Assembly (NCBI GenBank): GCA_011042725.1
Contig: DQWD01000337.1
Location: 1 to 57,303, forward strand
Length of the DNA stretch: 57,303 nucleotides
Source: Candidatus Aminicenantes bacterium
Lineage (GTDB): Bacteria > Acidobacteriota > Aminicenantia > Aminicenantales > Aminicenantaceae
Direction of reading: 5' to 3'
The position numbers and the translations under genes are program-made. The notes under the pieces were generated by a model, which saw nothing but the letters and a program-made list of their open reading frames with translations, did no database searches and was not told the origin of the DNA. Shown here piece after piece: positions 21,095 to 31,020 of this stretch; the stretch's first letter is position 1, and every line of letters starts with the position of its first letter.

Positions 21095-22256
21095 TTAGGG
21101 GGAAGGGGAGGCTTGCTTCTTTTTGTCTTGTTGTTGTTTTTCTTGATATCGAAGGAGTAAGCTAGCTTTGATGAATTCGTCCAAATCACCATCAAGAACC
21201 CGATCGACATCGGAAGTTTCCACTCGGGTTCGAAGGTCTTTTACCAGGCGGTAAGGATGAAGTACATAAGAGCGAATCTGGTTACCCCAAGCAATATTTG
21301 ATTTAGCATCCTCCAGTTTTTCTAGTTTTTCCTGTTGTTTCTTTTTTTCTAATTCATAAAGGCGAGCTCGGAGGACTTTCATGGCCATGGCTTTATTTTT
21401 GTGCTGTGAGCGTTCATTTTGACACTGAACTACGATTCCCGTGGGCAAATGGGTAATCCGTACTGCTGAATCAGTAACATTGACATGCTGTCCTCCATGG
21501 CCTGAGGCCCGAAAGGTGTCAATCCTCAAGTCTTCAGGATTAATCTCAATGGCAATGTCATCCTCAATTTCGGGGTAAACAAAAACAGCGGCAAAAGATG
21601 TATGGCGACGCCGGTTGGCATCGAAAGGAGAAATCCTGACCAGCCGGTGCACTCCTGATTCTTGACTTAAAATCCCATAGGCGTGGCTTCCTTCAATTCG
21701 GATCGTGGCACTTTTTAGCCCCGCTTCCTCCCCAGGCAGAATATCTAGAATTTCGGTTTTGAAACCTCGGCGCTCGGCATAGCGAAGATACATTCTCAAT
21801 AGCATTTGGGCCCAATCTTGTGATTCAGTCCCTCCTGCTCCAGGGTGAATAGTGAGGATGGCATGGCGGTCATCATCATTATCGATGAAAAGGGTCTCCA
21901 TTTCGAGGTCAGCAAGAAGTTTCTCAAAAGCTTCGAGGCTCGAAGCTAATTCTTGTTCCACCGCTTCTCCTTCCTTTTTTAATTCAAGGAGAACTTCTAT
22001 TTCCTCTTTTTTTTCTTCGACGGCGGTGATTTTTTGGATGGTTTCTTCTAATTGCTTTTTTTCCCGCTGGAGATGCTGGGTGTGGATATGATTAGACCAA
22101 ACTTCTGGTTGGGCCAACTCTTGGTTGATTTTCTCTAAGTGTTTTTGTTTACCGACGAGGTCAAAGAAAACCTCGTAATTCTTCAAATCGGGTTAAAGCT
22201 GCTTCAATCTTTTGTTGAAGTTCAAGGCTCAAAGGCAAGGATTTTTTTTCATTCAT
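21095..22256 (-). CDS. prfB: Peptide chain release factor 2, translated through a programmed +1 frameshift
   Basis: ORF0 ATG at 22256 (ATGA overlap with lnt stop) reads MNEKKSLPL...ELRGFL to CTT-TGA-C, then +1 frame DLVGKQK...; SPF and GGQ motifs present. Confidence 0.96.
22160..22175 (-). promoter_or_regulatory. RF2 autoregulatory frameshift signal
   Basis: CGAGGT-TTT-CTT-TGA-C: internal SD-like GAGG just upstream of the canonical CTT TGA C slip site. Confidence 0.93.
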
Positions 22257-23773
22257 TTCGATTTCCGTCGTGTGCTTAGGATAAAAAAAGCGCCGATGAT
22301 TGTCAAGCTGAGAAGGGGAAGAAGGTCACCAGTTCGGGTATAAAAGGTTTGACCTTCTAGAGGAAATATTTCGCCAGTTAGAACTTGCTCCGTCATTATT
22401 TGACTACGCGCGCAAGTTCGGCCATAGGGATCCACAATTCCGGAAATTCCCGTCGTGGCTGCCCGCAGGAGATAGCGCCTATTCTCGACTGCCCGAAAAA
22501 TAGAGATGGCAAAATGTTGAAAAGGGGCTGAGCTAGTTCCGTACCACCCGTCGTTGGTGATGGTGGCCAGAAAATTGGCTCCCTGGTGAATAAATTTACG
22601 CACCAGGGCTGGAAAGATGATTTCATAACAGATAGGGGTTCCGAAAAAATAATTATTATAATTATGGAGTTTAATTTTCCGTCCAGGAGTTATGTCGCCA
22701 ATGGCATGAGTAACTTTTTTCAGAAAAGAGAAGACCTGGGGGTAGGGAGTGTATTCGCCAAAGGGTACGAGGTGTATTTTGTAATAAGTGCTCCAGTTCC
22801 CATCAGGATGAAGACAGAGAGAAGTATTGTAAAAATTAGTTCCTTCGGGGGTCTTTTCTTGTTCATTTGTTCCAAGCAGAAGAGATACCTGATTTTCTTT
22901 TGCCAATTGAGAGAGTTTAGCTTTGAAGGAGGGATAAGGACCGTGATCGCAACTAAAACATAAGGGAACACTGAATTCAGGCCAAATAATCAATCTTGCT
23001 CCTTGGTCAATAGCCTGCTGGGTTAATTGAAGATGCCGTTGGAATAACTCCTCAATTGTTGGCAACGGGACACGTTCCCAGTAAATGTCAGAAGAAACAT
23101 TGCCTTGGATAATTCCCACTTTTAGGGGACTAGAAAGTGAAGGCCCTTTTCTAATTTGCCAGTAGCCCCAAACATGGACAAGCAGAATTACAGCTAGGGC
23201 AATGAAAAATGGTTTCCGTTTTCGAAATTGAAGAGAATAAAGAAAAGCACTTTGAAAAAAGATGATGAAAAAACTCAAGCCATAGACGCCGGTAATCGAG
23301 GCCAGCTGGATGAAGTAAATATTTTGATATTGCGCATAACCGATGATGCCCCACGGAAACCCGGTTAGAAAATGGGTTAAAATAAATTCCAAACCAACCC
23401 AGTAAAAGGGTAAGAGAAAAAAGGCTAAACGAGGAAAGGAAGTGGCTGTTTTGGCCCCTAGATAAGCAAAAAGTCCCCAGTACAGGGCCAAATAGAGCAC
23501 AAAAATTAGATAAATCAATAAAGAAAGCCCAAAGGAAAGTTGGCCGTAATGAGCAGGGACATAAGGGATCCAGTAGATAAGCAAAGCATTAAACCCTATC
23601 CCTCCGAATAAACCAAGAACAAAAGCCCGCCGGGGAGGACGATGGGTAGTGTAATAAAGCAGTGGTAAAAGGGCAATCCAGATGAAAAAAGTGAGGCTAA
23701 ATTTGGGGAAAGCTAAAGCGACTAATCCTCCCCCGAGGATGGAAATTAAAAATGCACCTCCTTTTTTAGCCAT
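22253..23773 (-). CDS. lnt: Apolipoprotein N-acyltransferase
   Basis: GFPWG, IQGN, IIWPE, YKIHLVPFGEY, ICYE, TNDGWYG, RAVENRR. Confidence 0.95.
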   Translation of the reverse strand: MAKKGGAFLISILGGGLVALAFPKFSLTFFIWIALLPLLYYTTHRPPRRAFVLGLFGGIGFNALLIYWIPYVPAHYGQLSFGLSLLIYLIFVLYLALYWGLFAYLGAKTATSFPRLAFFLLPFYWVGLEFILTHFLTGFPWGIIGYAQYQNIYFIQLASITGVYGLSFFIIFFQSAFLYSLQFRKRKPFFIALAVILLVHVWGYWQIRKGPSLSSPLKVGIIQGNVSSDIYWERVPLPTIEELFQRHLQLTQQAIDQGARLIIWPEFSVPLCFSCDHGPYPSFKAKLSQLAKENQVSLLLGTNEQEKTPEGTNFYNTSLCLHPDGNWSTYYKIHLVPFGEYTPYPQVFSFLKKVTHAIGDITPGRKIKLHNYNNYFFGTPICYEIIFPALVRKFIHQGANFLATITNDGWYGTSSAPFQHFAISIFRAVENRRYLLRAATTGISGIVDPYGRTCARSQIMTEQVLTGEIFPLEGQTFYTRTGDLLPLLSLTIIGAFFILSTRRKSK

Positions 23774-23797
23774 CTCCTTTAAGAAGAGAGAAAAAAC

Positions 23798-24418
23798 TCA
23801 GTCTCGGACGATGAAATAATCAGTTTGTTTTTTACCTTCAGCTTGAGCCAATTTGGTTTTTACTTGGTTAGCTTCTTCTCGGGTCGAGTACCCCCCAACT
23901 CGGACTCGATAAAGAGGCCGCCGTTCAGTGGGTAAAGGATTAATAATCACCACCGGATAACCTTGGGCTTTTAATTTTTCGGCTATAATTCGTGCTGAGT
24001 TGCGGTTGGAATAAGCACCGACCTGGATGTAATATCTTGCTTTTGAGGAAACTGGAGAAGCAGATTGCCGGCGGGACGGAGTTACTGGAGTTTTTTTTGA
24101 AGATGTCTTGGTCGTTATTTTTTCGCTAACTGTTTCTTGTTTTGGCGAGGTAGTTAGGGTTTTGGGAGGAGTAGTTTTCTCTTTTTTCTCGGGGGAACTC
24201 TTGGTAGACGCCTGTTCAGGGATGTGGACAGCAGGAGGGGTTATTTCTTGGGTCGGCACACTCGCTTCGGCCAACTGTTGGGCTTGGAGAGTGGCCTGCT
24301 TCTTGCCCACCGAAACTCCTAGAAGAAAAATGATTACTCCCAACGCCAAGATAGCGATAAAGATTAAAGCTAGCTGGGTACTAGTTAACTGTAATTCCCG
24401 GTAGTCTTTAGCGCTCAT
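23798..24418 (-). CDS. SPOR domain-containing cell division protein (DedD/FtsN-like)
   Basis: N-terminal TM, Pro/Thr/Lys-rich linker, YYIQVGAY...YRVRVGGY. Confidence 0.88.
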   Translation of the reverse strand: MSAKDYRELQLTSTQLALIFIAILALGVIIFLLGVSVGKKQATLQAQQLAEASVPTQEITPPAVHIPEQASTKSSPEKKEKTTPPKTLTTSPKQETVSEKITTKTSSKKTPVTPSRRQSASPVSSKARYYIQVGAYSNRNSARIIAEKLKAQGYPVVIINPLPTERRPLYRVRVGGYSTREEANQVKTKLAQAEGKKQTDYFIVRD

Positions 24419-24421
24419 TTT

Positions 24422-25225
24422 TTATTCTGGTTTTTTTTCTGTTTTCTCGTTTTCTTTTTGTTGGCGATAGCCATACTCAAAAGCTTTCAACATCTCAAGG
24501 GGTACGGGAAAGATGATTGTCGAGTTCTTTTCGGTGGCGATTTCTGTTAAGGTTCCCAAGAATCGTAACTGGAGAGCTTGGGGATTAGAGGAGATAATTT
24601 CCGAGGCTTTAAGGAGTTTGTTAGCAGCTTGGAATTCTCCTTCAGCATGGATGACCTTGGCTCTTCTTTCGCGCTCTGCTTCGGCTTGTTTGGCGATGGC
24701 TCGGACCATGTTCTCGGGCAGGTCAACGTGTTTCATTTCTACAAGTTGCACTTTTATCCCCAAGGGATCAGTGTGCATGTCAATTATTTCCTGTAATTGA
24801 GAATTTAATTTTTCCCGCTCGCTTAAAAGATCATCCAGCTCAACTTCTCCCAGCACACTTCGCAACGTCGTTTGAGCAAGCTGCGAAGTAGCGAAGAGGT
24901 AATCTTGAACTTCCAGCACTGCTTTCTGGGGATCCATTACTCGGAAATAAACCACGGCATTGACTTTCACCGAGACATTATCTTTGGTGATGACATCTTG
25001 GGGGGGAATATCCATGACCACAATCCGTAAGCTCACGCGAACCATTCGATCGATAGGAGGAAAAACCAGAATTAAACCGGGGCCTTTTGGTTTTGGTAAC
25101 ACCCGGCCTAAGCGAAAAATAACGCCTCGTTCATATTCACGAAGAATTTTAATCGCATTGAGGATATAGAGAACCACCAAGGCGATTACGATTATCGGAA
25201 ATGTTATCATTTCCACCTCCTCCAA
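24422..25225 (-). CDS. Slipin / stomatin (SPFH) family protein
   Basis: [41 protein letters not shown]. Confidence 0.93.
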   Translation of the reverse strand: MEEVEMITFPIIVIALVVLYILNAIKILREYERGVIFRLGRVLPKPKGPGLILVFPPIDRMVRVSLRIVVMDIPPQDVITKDNVSVKVNAVVYFRVMDPQKAVLEVQDYLFATSQLAQTTLRSVLGEVELDDLLSEREKLNSQLQEIIDMHTDPLGIKVQLVEMKHVDLPENMVRAIAKQAEAERERRAKVIHAEGEFQAANKLLKASEIISSNPQALQLRFLGTLTEIATEKNSTIIFPVPLEMLKAFEYGYRQQKENEKTEKKPE

Positions 25226-25252
25226 AATATTCTGTCTAAAATATGGTTAACT

Positions 25253-26536
25253 TTAGACCTTGCTCACTTTTATTTTTAGACCATCAAGAATTTTGATGAC
25301 CCGAACCTTGGAACCTTTGGGGACGTTCTCTTCAGCTTCGGCTTTCCACAGTTCTCCATGAACAAACACTTTTCCTTCCGGAGTTAGGTCGGTCTGGGCG
25401 ATCCCGATTTCTCCGATTAATCCTTCTTTGCCCGTAACAGCGCGGCGACTGTGGGCTCTTACCACGAGAGTTATTAGAAAGATAAAAATCAAAGATAAAC
25501 CGATGGCGACCGGGATAATAAAATTAAGGCTGGGTCGAAGCTCTGGAATGGGACTGTCGATGAGCATGATTGATCCTAAGACCATGGCCATGATACCTCC
25601 GATGGAAAGAATACCGTAACTCTGAACTTTTATCTCCAGGATGAATAAACCAATGGCCAATAAGATTAGGAGAAGTCCAACATAGTTAATGGGGAGGATT
25701 TGGAAGGCAAAAATAGCCAGCAACAGGCATATTCCTCCCATCACTCCCGGAAGAATAGCTCCCGGATTGGAAAATTCAAAATAAAGGCCAAGCAGGCCAA
25801 GCATCAGTAAGATGTAGGCCAGATTAGGATTGGAAATGGTTAATAAAAACTTTTGGCGAGCAGTCATCGGTATTTCGACCACTGTCTCGTCTTCGAGATG
25901 GAGTTGGATTTCTTCTCCGGTAAACCGTTTGATTTTCTTATTGTTGAGGAATTTAATTATTTCATCCTCGGTAGAGGCGACTAAGTCAATTAACTCTCCC
26001 TTGAGAGCCTCGCTTTCGGTGTAAGAGCGGCTTAATTTAACCGCTGCCTCGGCCATTTGGATATTACGGTTTCTTTTCTCGGCAATGGTTCGGATGTAAG
26101 CCGCGGCATCTTCAGTGACTTTTTCGGCCATCGTCTCATCCATCTGTTGTCCGGTTATAGATACTCCGACGGGATGAGCTGCTCCGGTGCTGGTCCCCGG
26201 AGCCATCGCAAACACATCACAGGCCAAGCAGATGAAAAAGCCTGCCGAAGCAGCTCGCGCCCCATTAGGGCTGACATAAGCTGCCACTGGCGTTTTGGAG
26301 CCGAGAATTTTCTCAATAATCTCCCGCATCGAGGTATCAAGTCCACCAGGAGTATTGATGGTTATCAGGAGAAGCGAGGCGTTTTCCCTGTCGGCTTGAT
26401 CGATGGCTTCCTGAATATATTCCGAGGTGACGGGATGAATAGGGGCGTTGATAGTGATTTTGAAAATCTTAGATTGGAGCGGAAGGGCAAGGCTAAAAAC
26501 CACAAAAAGGAAAATTAACCCTCTGAATTTACTCAC
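25253..26536 (-). CDS. NfeD-type membrane-bound serine protease (ClpP class)
   Basis: NTPGGL, ARAASAG, TGAAHPV, TM bundle, C-terminal OB fold GKVFVHGELWKA; start placed at GTG 26536. Confidence 0.92.
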   Translation of the reverse strand: MSKFRGLIFLFVVFSLALPLQSKIFKITINAPIHPVTSEYIQEAIDQADRENASLLLITINTPGGLDTSMREIIEKILGSKTPVAAYVSPNGARAASAGFFICLACDVFAMAPGTSTGAAHPVGVSITGQQMDETMAEKVTEDAAAYIRTIAEKRNRNIQMAEAAVKLSRSYTESEALKGELIDLVASTEDEIIKFLNNKKIKRFTGEEIQLHLEDETVVEIPMTARQKFLLTISNPNLAYILLMLGLLGLYFEFSNPGAILPGVMGGICLLLAIFAFQILPINYVGLLLILLAIGLFILEIKVQSYGILSIGGIMAMVLGSIMLIDSPIPELRPSLNFIIPVAIGLSLIFIFLITLVVRAHSRRAVTGKEGLIGEIGIAQTDLTPEGKVFVHGELWKAEAEENVPKGSKVRVIKILDGLKIKVSKV

Positions 26537-26542
26537 AAGTTT

Positions 26543-26572
26543 ATTATATGGCGCTCTATTCCTTAAAGTCAA
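26543..26572 (-). promoter_or_regulatory. Putative sigma70 promoter of the nfeD operon
   Basis: TTGACT-N18-TATAAT, 6 nt upstream of the GTG start. Confidence 0.6.
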
Positions 26573-26659
26573 CAACTGATGAAGCGCCAAAATCGTGATT
26601 GCCAGGAGAATTTTTTCTCCTCAAATTAGAGAAGGAAATCGATGATCGGGGCAATTTTT

Positions 26660-26718
26660 GCCGGTTGCCTTGTTATTGCTCCCAGCCAAAATAAGGGGCG
26701 AGTCAGCCTTTTTCTATC
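26660..26718 (+). repeat. Dispersed diverged intergenic repeat, family C (second copy)
   Basis: 44/59 identity with 14113-14171 by manual alignment. Confidence 0.65.
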
Positions 26719-26973
26719 AAGGTTGGCAGAAACGCTTTGCTCTTCCTCTTTACAGCAGACATCCCCCTGTTTTAATGGTAGTTTCTCCGGGGGAGAAAAT
26801 TTAATTACTTCTCAGCTCACCTCCTGGTTTAACTTTTTTTTGCTTCGGGGCAAGGTGAGTATCGAGACTATTTAACCCTGAAAAAAGAAATGCTGCTCTT
26901 CCCAATGATAAGCTTGACTTTTGATTTTGAATAACTTAAATATAGTTTAAGATTTATCGGGAAGGAGACGCAG

Positions 26974-27240
26974 ATGATCAAAAACGACATCGTTCAGGCG
27001 ATTGAAAAGAAAACGGGCTATTCCCGGGTCAAAACTTTAGAAATGGTGGAATTAATCTTAGGAATGATGAAAGAGGCCTTGGCCAATAATGAGAAAATTG
27101 AGATTAGAGGATTTGCTAGTTTTAAAGTGGTGCCTAAGAAAAGTGGATTTGGCCGTGATATAAGAAGAAAAAAGCAGATTAAAATAAAAGGGGGCCAAAG
27201 AATTAAATTCCGCCCCGGTCAAGATTTAAAAAAGTTGTGA
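26974..27240 (+). CDS. HU/IHF family DNA-binding protein
   Basis: MIKNDIV, KIEIRGFASF, GRD...KFRPG; SD AAGGAG. Confidence 0.9.
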   Translation: MIKNDIVQAIEKKTGYSRVKTLEMVELILGMMKEALANNEKIEIRGFASFKVVPKKSGFGRDIRRKKQIKIKGGQRIKFRPGQDLKKL

Positions 27241-27325
27241 ATAATTCGTTAAAAAATTATCATTTCTGTTGAATAAATTCTCCCCAAGTTACTAGATAGT
27301 TAGAATTTATTTTAAGGATAGGACC

Positions 27326-28285
27326 ATGAGTCGTTACAAAATAAAGCCTCTCCTTCCCCGAAAGTTTAAATCACTACCGATTGAAGAGCGGCCGAGTAAA
27401 GTTTCCCAGCAAGATTTTGCCCAGGTTTTTCCTGGTCATCCAGGAGTTTCTTCCTTCCTGAACTCCATTCCCAATATTTTGGCCGGTCGTGATTTTAAGG
27501 AATTGATTAAGTCTCTTCGGTTTGCTTTTCGGAAGAAGAAACCAATTATTTTTGGTTGTGGTGCCCATGTTATTAAGGTAGGGCTTAATCCACTACTAAT
27601 TAATCTAATGGAAAGAGGATGGTTAACAGCTTTGGTTTTAAATGGAGCCGGAATTATCCATGATTTTGAATTAGCCCTGGTGGGAAAGACATCAGAGGAC
27701 GTAGAGACCCAGATAAAAAAAGGAGAATTTGGCACCGCTGAAGAAACTGGCGCTTTTCTTAATCAGGCCATAAAGGAAGGGGCAGTCGATAAGCTTGGTT
27801 TGGGAGAAGCCATAGGTCGGGCTTTGGCTCGCTTTGATCTTCCTTTCAAGGAAAATAGCCTTCTTTACCACGCCTATCGGCTGAACATCCCGGTCACCGT
27901 TCATGTGTCTTTGGGGAGCGATATTATTCATTTCCATCCCCAGGTAGATGGGGCGGCTACTGGACAAACTTCTCTTCGAGATTTTTTTCTTTTGGCCGCA
28001 TTGATCGCCAAGCTGGAAGGGGGGGGAGTTTATCTCAACATTGGTTCGGCCGTTGTTCTTCCCGAAGTTTTTCTTAAAGCCGTGGCTTATGTTCGCAATC
28101 AAGGATATTCACTCGAAAAATTTGTGACAGCGGTCTTTGATTTTAAGCTTCATTATCGACCTTTGGAAAATGTTGTGCGGCGTCCTTTGGGTCGAGAGAG
28201 TAAAGGTTATTACTTTATCGGTCACCACGAAATAATGATTCCTCTTTTAGCGGCAGCTTTACTTTCTTCGAAGGAGGAGGAATAA
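27326..28285 (+). CDS. Conserved uncharacterised protein with deoxyhypusine-synthase-like features
   Basis: GAHVIKVGL, NGAGIIHDFE, TSEDV, GSAVVLPEVFLKA, GHHEIMIPLL. Confidence 0.6.
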   Translation: MSRYKIKPLLPRKFKSLPIEERPSKVSQQDFAQVFPGHPGVSSFLNSIPNILAGRDFKELIKSLRFAFRKKKPIIFGCGAHVIKVGLNPLLINLMERGWLTALVLNGAGIIHDFELALVGKTSEDVETQIKKGEFGTAEETGAFLNQAIKEGAVDKLGLGEAIGRALARFDLPFKENSLLYHAYRLNIPVTVHVSLGSDIIHFHPQVDGAATGQTSLRDFFLLAALIAKLEGGGVYLNIGSAVVLPEVFLKAVAYVRNQGYSLEKFVTAVFDFKLHYRPLENVVRRPLGRESKGYYFIGHHEIMIPLLAAALLSSKEEE

Positions 28286-28286
28286 A

Positions 28287-28931
28287 CTATTGCTTTTTCT
28301 TTTTTATGGCTAGCTCGGCGTGCTTGAGTTCGTAGTCATAAAGAAGTTGTCGATAAACGCGGACGGTGTTATCGATTGTTTGAAGTAGGGAACCCGACGT
28401 ATCGATGATGTAGTCAGCATACTGGATTTTATCCTGGCTGGGCATTTGGGAGTTGATTTTTTGTTGAGCTTGGATTTTATTGATATGGTCTCGCTCCATC
28501 AAACGTTTTAATTGGATCTCCAGGGGGCAGTGGGTGATGACAATCTTATCGTAGAACCGATAGTAGCCGGCTTCGATGGTTAAAGCCGCCTCGGAAATGA
28601 AGATTTTATAATGACCTTGCTCTTCTAATTGGACAATTAATTTTTTTTTCTCTTCCCAGACGAGAGGATGGATGAGTTGATTTAAGAAAGCTCTTTTTTG
28701 AGGGTCAGCGAAAACTATTTTTCCTAGTTGTTGACGATTGATTTCCTGGTTATCTTGGAGAATAACTGGTCCAAAATAGTCAACGATCTTGGTCCAGACT
28801 GGAGAATAGGGCTTCATCAATTGGTGGGCTTCTTGATCAGCCCGATGAATATAACAACCTAAATCTTGAAGAATCGTAGCTGCCACTGATTTGCCAGTGG
28901 CGATTCCTCCAGTAAGAGCAACGATTAACAC
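28287..28931 (-). CDS. coaE: Dephospho-CoA kinase
   Basis: LTGGIATGKS P-loop, NQLIHPLV, RLMERD, SQMP. Confidence 0.94.
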   Translation of the reverse strand: MLIVALTGGIATGKSVAATILQDLGCYIHRADQEAHQLMKPYSPVWTKIVDYFGPVILQDNQEINRQQLGKIVFADPQKRAFLNQLIHPLVWEEKKKLIVQLEEQGHYKIFISEAALTIEAGYYRFYDKIVITHCPLEIQLKRLMERDHINKIQAQQKINSQMPSQDKIQYADYIIDTSGSLLQTIDNTVRVYRQLLYDYELKHAELAIKKKKQ

Positions 28932-29009
28932 TTGTCTCTAATCACTTTTCCTTAATATTACTCCCCATAAGATTACTTGGGGCTTTCTTATTCCCTAGGG
29001 GAGGAGATA

Positions 29010-29408
29010 TCAGTCGGAAGTAACAAATTGGTATTCTTCTTCAAAATGAAGAGCAATCCCCTGAGCCTTATCTTTATTTTCTCTTTTTTCCAGGCGGACT
29101 ACCCGGCCCTGGAGCTGGAGTTGGATTTTTTGTCCTTCGGTTAATTTGGGGGGTAAGTCAATGACCAGTTCAAGCGGCGTCCCAATAGTTAGTACAGCAT
29201 CAAGACCAAAATAGGCTCCGGTGGAACTTATGTTTTCTAAAACCGTAATTTCTTCGAATGGTTGACCATTAGGCTGAGTTCCTTTAACTAGAACTTGAAG
29301 AGGTAATTCTAGTCGCCATTCCCGGCGACGGTCGAGATGGAGATAAGTGCCTTCATTCTCCTCAGTAATTAATTCCGAAGGAAGGGATGTTTTTTTTGTG
29401 TCTTTCAT
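29010..29408 (-). CDS. Stand-alone PilZ domain protein with canonical c-di-GMP motifs
   Basis: RREWR (RxxxR) and ENISSTGA (NxSxxG); GRVVR...GIALHF. Confidence 0.85.
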   Translation of the reverse strand: MKDTKKTSLPSELITEENEGTYLHLDRRREWRLELPLQVLVKGTQPNGQPFEEITVLENISSTGAYFGLDAVLTIGTPLELVIDLPPKLTEGQKIQLQLQGRVVRLEKRENKDKAQGIALHFEEEYQFVTSD

Positions 29409-29426
29409 TTGAGTTTCTCCCTCAAG

Positions 29427-30122
29427 TTAAAAAAGAGCTGAGTTAATGGCATAGAGGGCCAGTTGCAGGCGACTGTGGGTGTTGAGTTTAGTATAGATAC
29501 TTTTAATGTGAGAACGAACCGTGTTTTTACTGATAAATAGGGCTTGGGCGATTTCTTCGTTGCTTTTCCCTTGACCGATGAGTCGAAGCACCTGAAATTC
29601 AGTCGGTGTGAGTTGATCCAGAGATTTTTCCTTGAGGTCTTTACCCACCACCGAGATGATCCGGTCCATTATATTCGACATTTTATCCCGGGGGAGCCAG
29701 ATTTCTCCTCGATGGACCACTTGGATAGCTTCGGACAATTGCGTGGATTGATCATTGATGTCGAAATATCCCCTCATTCCCGCGTTCATCAGCCCGACAA
29801 TTTCTTCATGGGAAGGGATTGTGCCCAAGAGAAGTAATTGTGGTCGCTTGCCTTCTCCAAGAGCATCCCGGATGGCTTTGCAGATCTCGCGCAAATTAGG
29901 CACGGGTTCAGTATTCGAGAATAAGACAACATCAGGCTGATTTTGCCGAATTGTCTCTAAGAGAGAATCAATGGTTGTTTTTTCAATCCCGATTACCTCT
30001 ATTTTTTTAGCCATCTCGATAGAGTTAATGATCCCGGCCAGAATTAAGTCGGAAGGGCAATAAATTAAAAGTTTAATTTCCTCTTTCTTTTTTTTGGCAG
30101 ATGGTTTTTCTGGAGAGGACAT
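29427..30122 (-). CDS. LuxR/NarL-type transcription factor with degenerate receiver (VpsT/CsgD-like)
   Basis: C-terminal HTH LTPTEFQVL...SNEEIA..LFISKNTVRSH; receiver has PDVVLFS in place of PDVVLxD; GEIWLPR. Confidence 0.85.
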   Translation of the reverse strand: MSSPEKPSAKKKKEEIKLLIYCPSDLILAGIINSIEMAKKIEVIGIEKTTIDSLLETIRQNQPDVVLFSNTEPVPNLREICKAIRDALGEGKRPQLLLLGTIPSHEEIVGLMNAGMRGYFDINDQSTQLSEAIQVVHRGEIWLPRDKMSNIMDRIISVVGKDLKEKSLDQLTPTEFQVLRLIGQGKSNEEIAQALFISKNTVRSHIKSIYTKLNTHSRLQLALYAINSALF

Positions 30123-30203
30123 TGGTTACCTTTCCTTATAAAATTAGGGTCAAAAGAAGCGAAAAATCCATTAAAAATTTCTTATCCTTTACTTATTGAT
30201 TAA

Positions 30204-30233
30204 ATCATACTTAATTAAAATTAAGCTTGTCAA
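30204..30233 (-). promoter_or_regulatory. Putative sigma70 promoter of the LuxR regulator / PilZ pair
   Basis: TTGACA-N18-TATGAT; the spacer contains the palindrome CTTAATT-TT-AATTAAG. Confidence 0.6.
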
Positions 30234-30622
30234 GTAAAGGAAGAAGGGAGAGGTTGGATGGTGTAGCGGGAGGATAATTTTAAAAAAACAGTTTGCCTGT
30301 TTGCCTTTTGACCATTGCTGGCTGCCAGAAGGCGATTTACTTCTCCTTTTAATTCCATTTTTAGTTTGGTCTGAAGAAGGATGGTTTGAGGGATTTCCAT
30401 CTCCAGCCATAGAGTTGTTCCCAGGACAACGGGCTGAGAAAGGTTGAAAGAGGCTGTTTCTGAACTCAGGGTAAAGATAACCGTTTTTTCTTGGAACTCT
30501 TCCCCGTAGGCGTTTTTCCCCTTAACCAAAGCGGGAAGAGAGAGCTCAAAAATTCGCTCTCTCTTCCTAACTTTGGAGACGCCTTGGATGAAAGGGGAGG
30601 CTGAATTCTTTTGATTCCGCAT
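30230..30622 (-). CDS. PilZ-like paralogue, degenerate
   Basis: Colinear with 29010-29408 (FELSLPALVKGKNAYGEEFQEKT...GTTLWLEMEIP...LKGEV); RKRER present, second motif degenerate (TLSSET). Confidence 0.7.
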   Translation of the reverse strand: MRNQKNSASPFIQGVSKVRKRERIFELSLPALVKGKNAYGEEFQEKTVIFTLSSETASFNLSQPVVLGTTLWLEMEIPQTILLQTKLKMELKGEVNRLLAASNGQKANRQTVFLKLSSRYTIQPLPSSFT

Positions 30623-31020
30623 TTTTTCTGAAGAAAATATTTTGTCTCAAAGGCACTAGAGATGACAATTACTCTAGCGGATGATTTGAGGGGTGAATTT
30701 TGAGCTTCTTTTCTCATCTTAGGTGATTAGTTAACTAAAAACGGAGAAGAGATTCTTTTTTTCTCGCGATATTCCCCTGGTTCCACTTAGCTGCCTTCTT
30801 TTTGCTTTTCTACTTTAAACGACGGCCTGGAAAGGAATTAATTCTCAGTGATGATTTATTTAATCGGTGATAAAGGGGTTAAATAAAAGAGGAAACGGCT
30901 GGCTTAAATTGATTAAATTGAAAAGAAAGCTTTCAAGAAATAAAGGATAATCGTAATTAAGCCGCTTGAATATCAAAGGAAAGCTCAGCTTTTTTAAGAA
31001 AATCACTATCTTTCCCTGAT

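Noticed and set aside
26642-26875. 77-aa ORF as a real gene
   Set aside because: It overlaps repeat family C and has no recognisable protein features.
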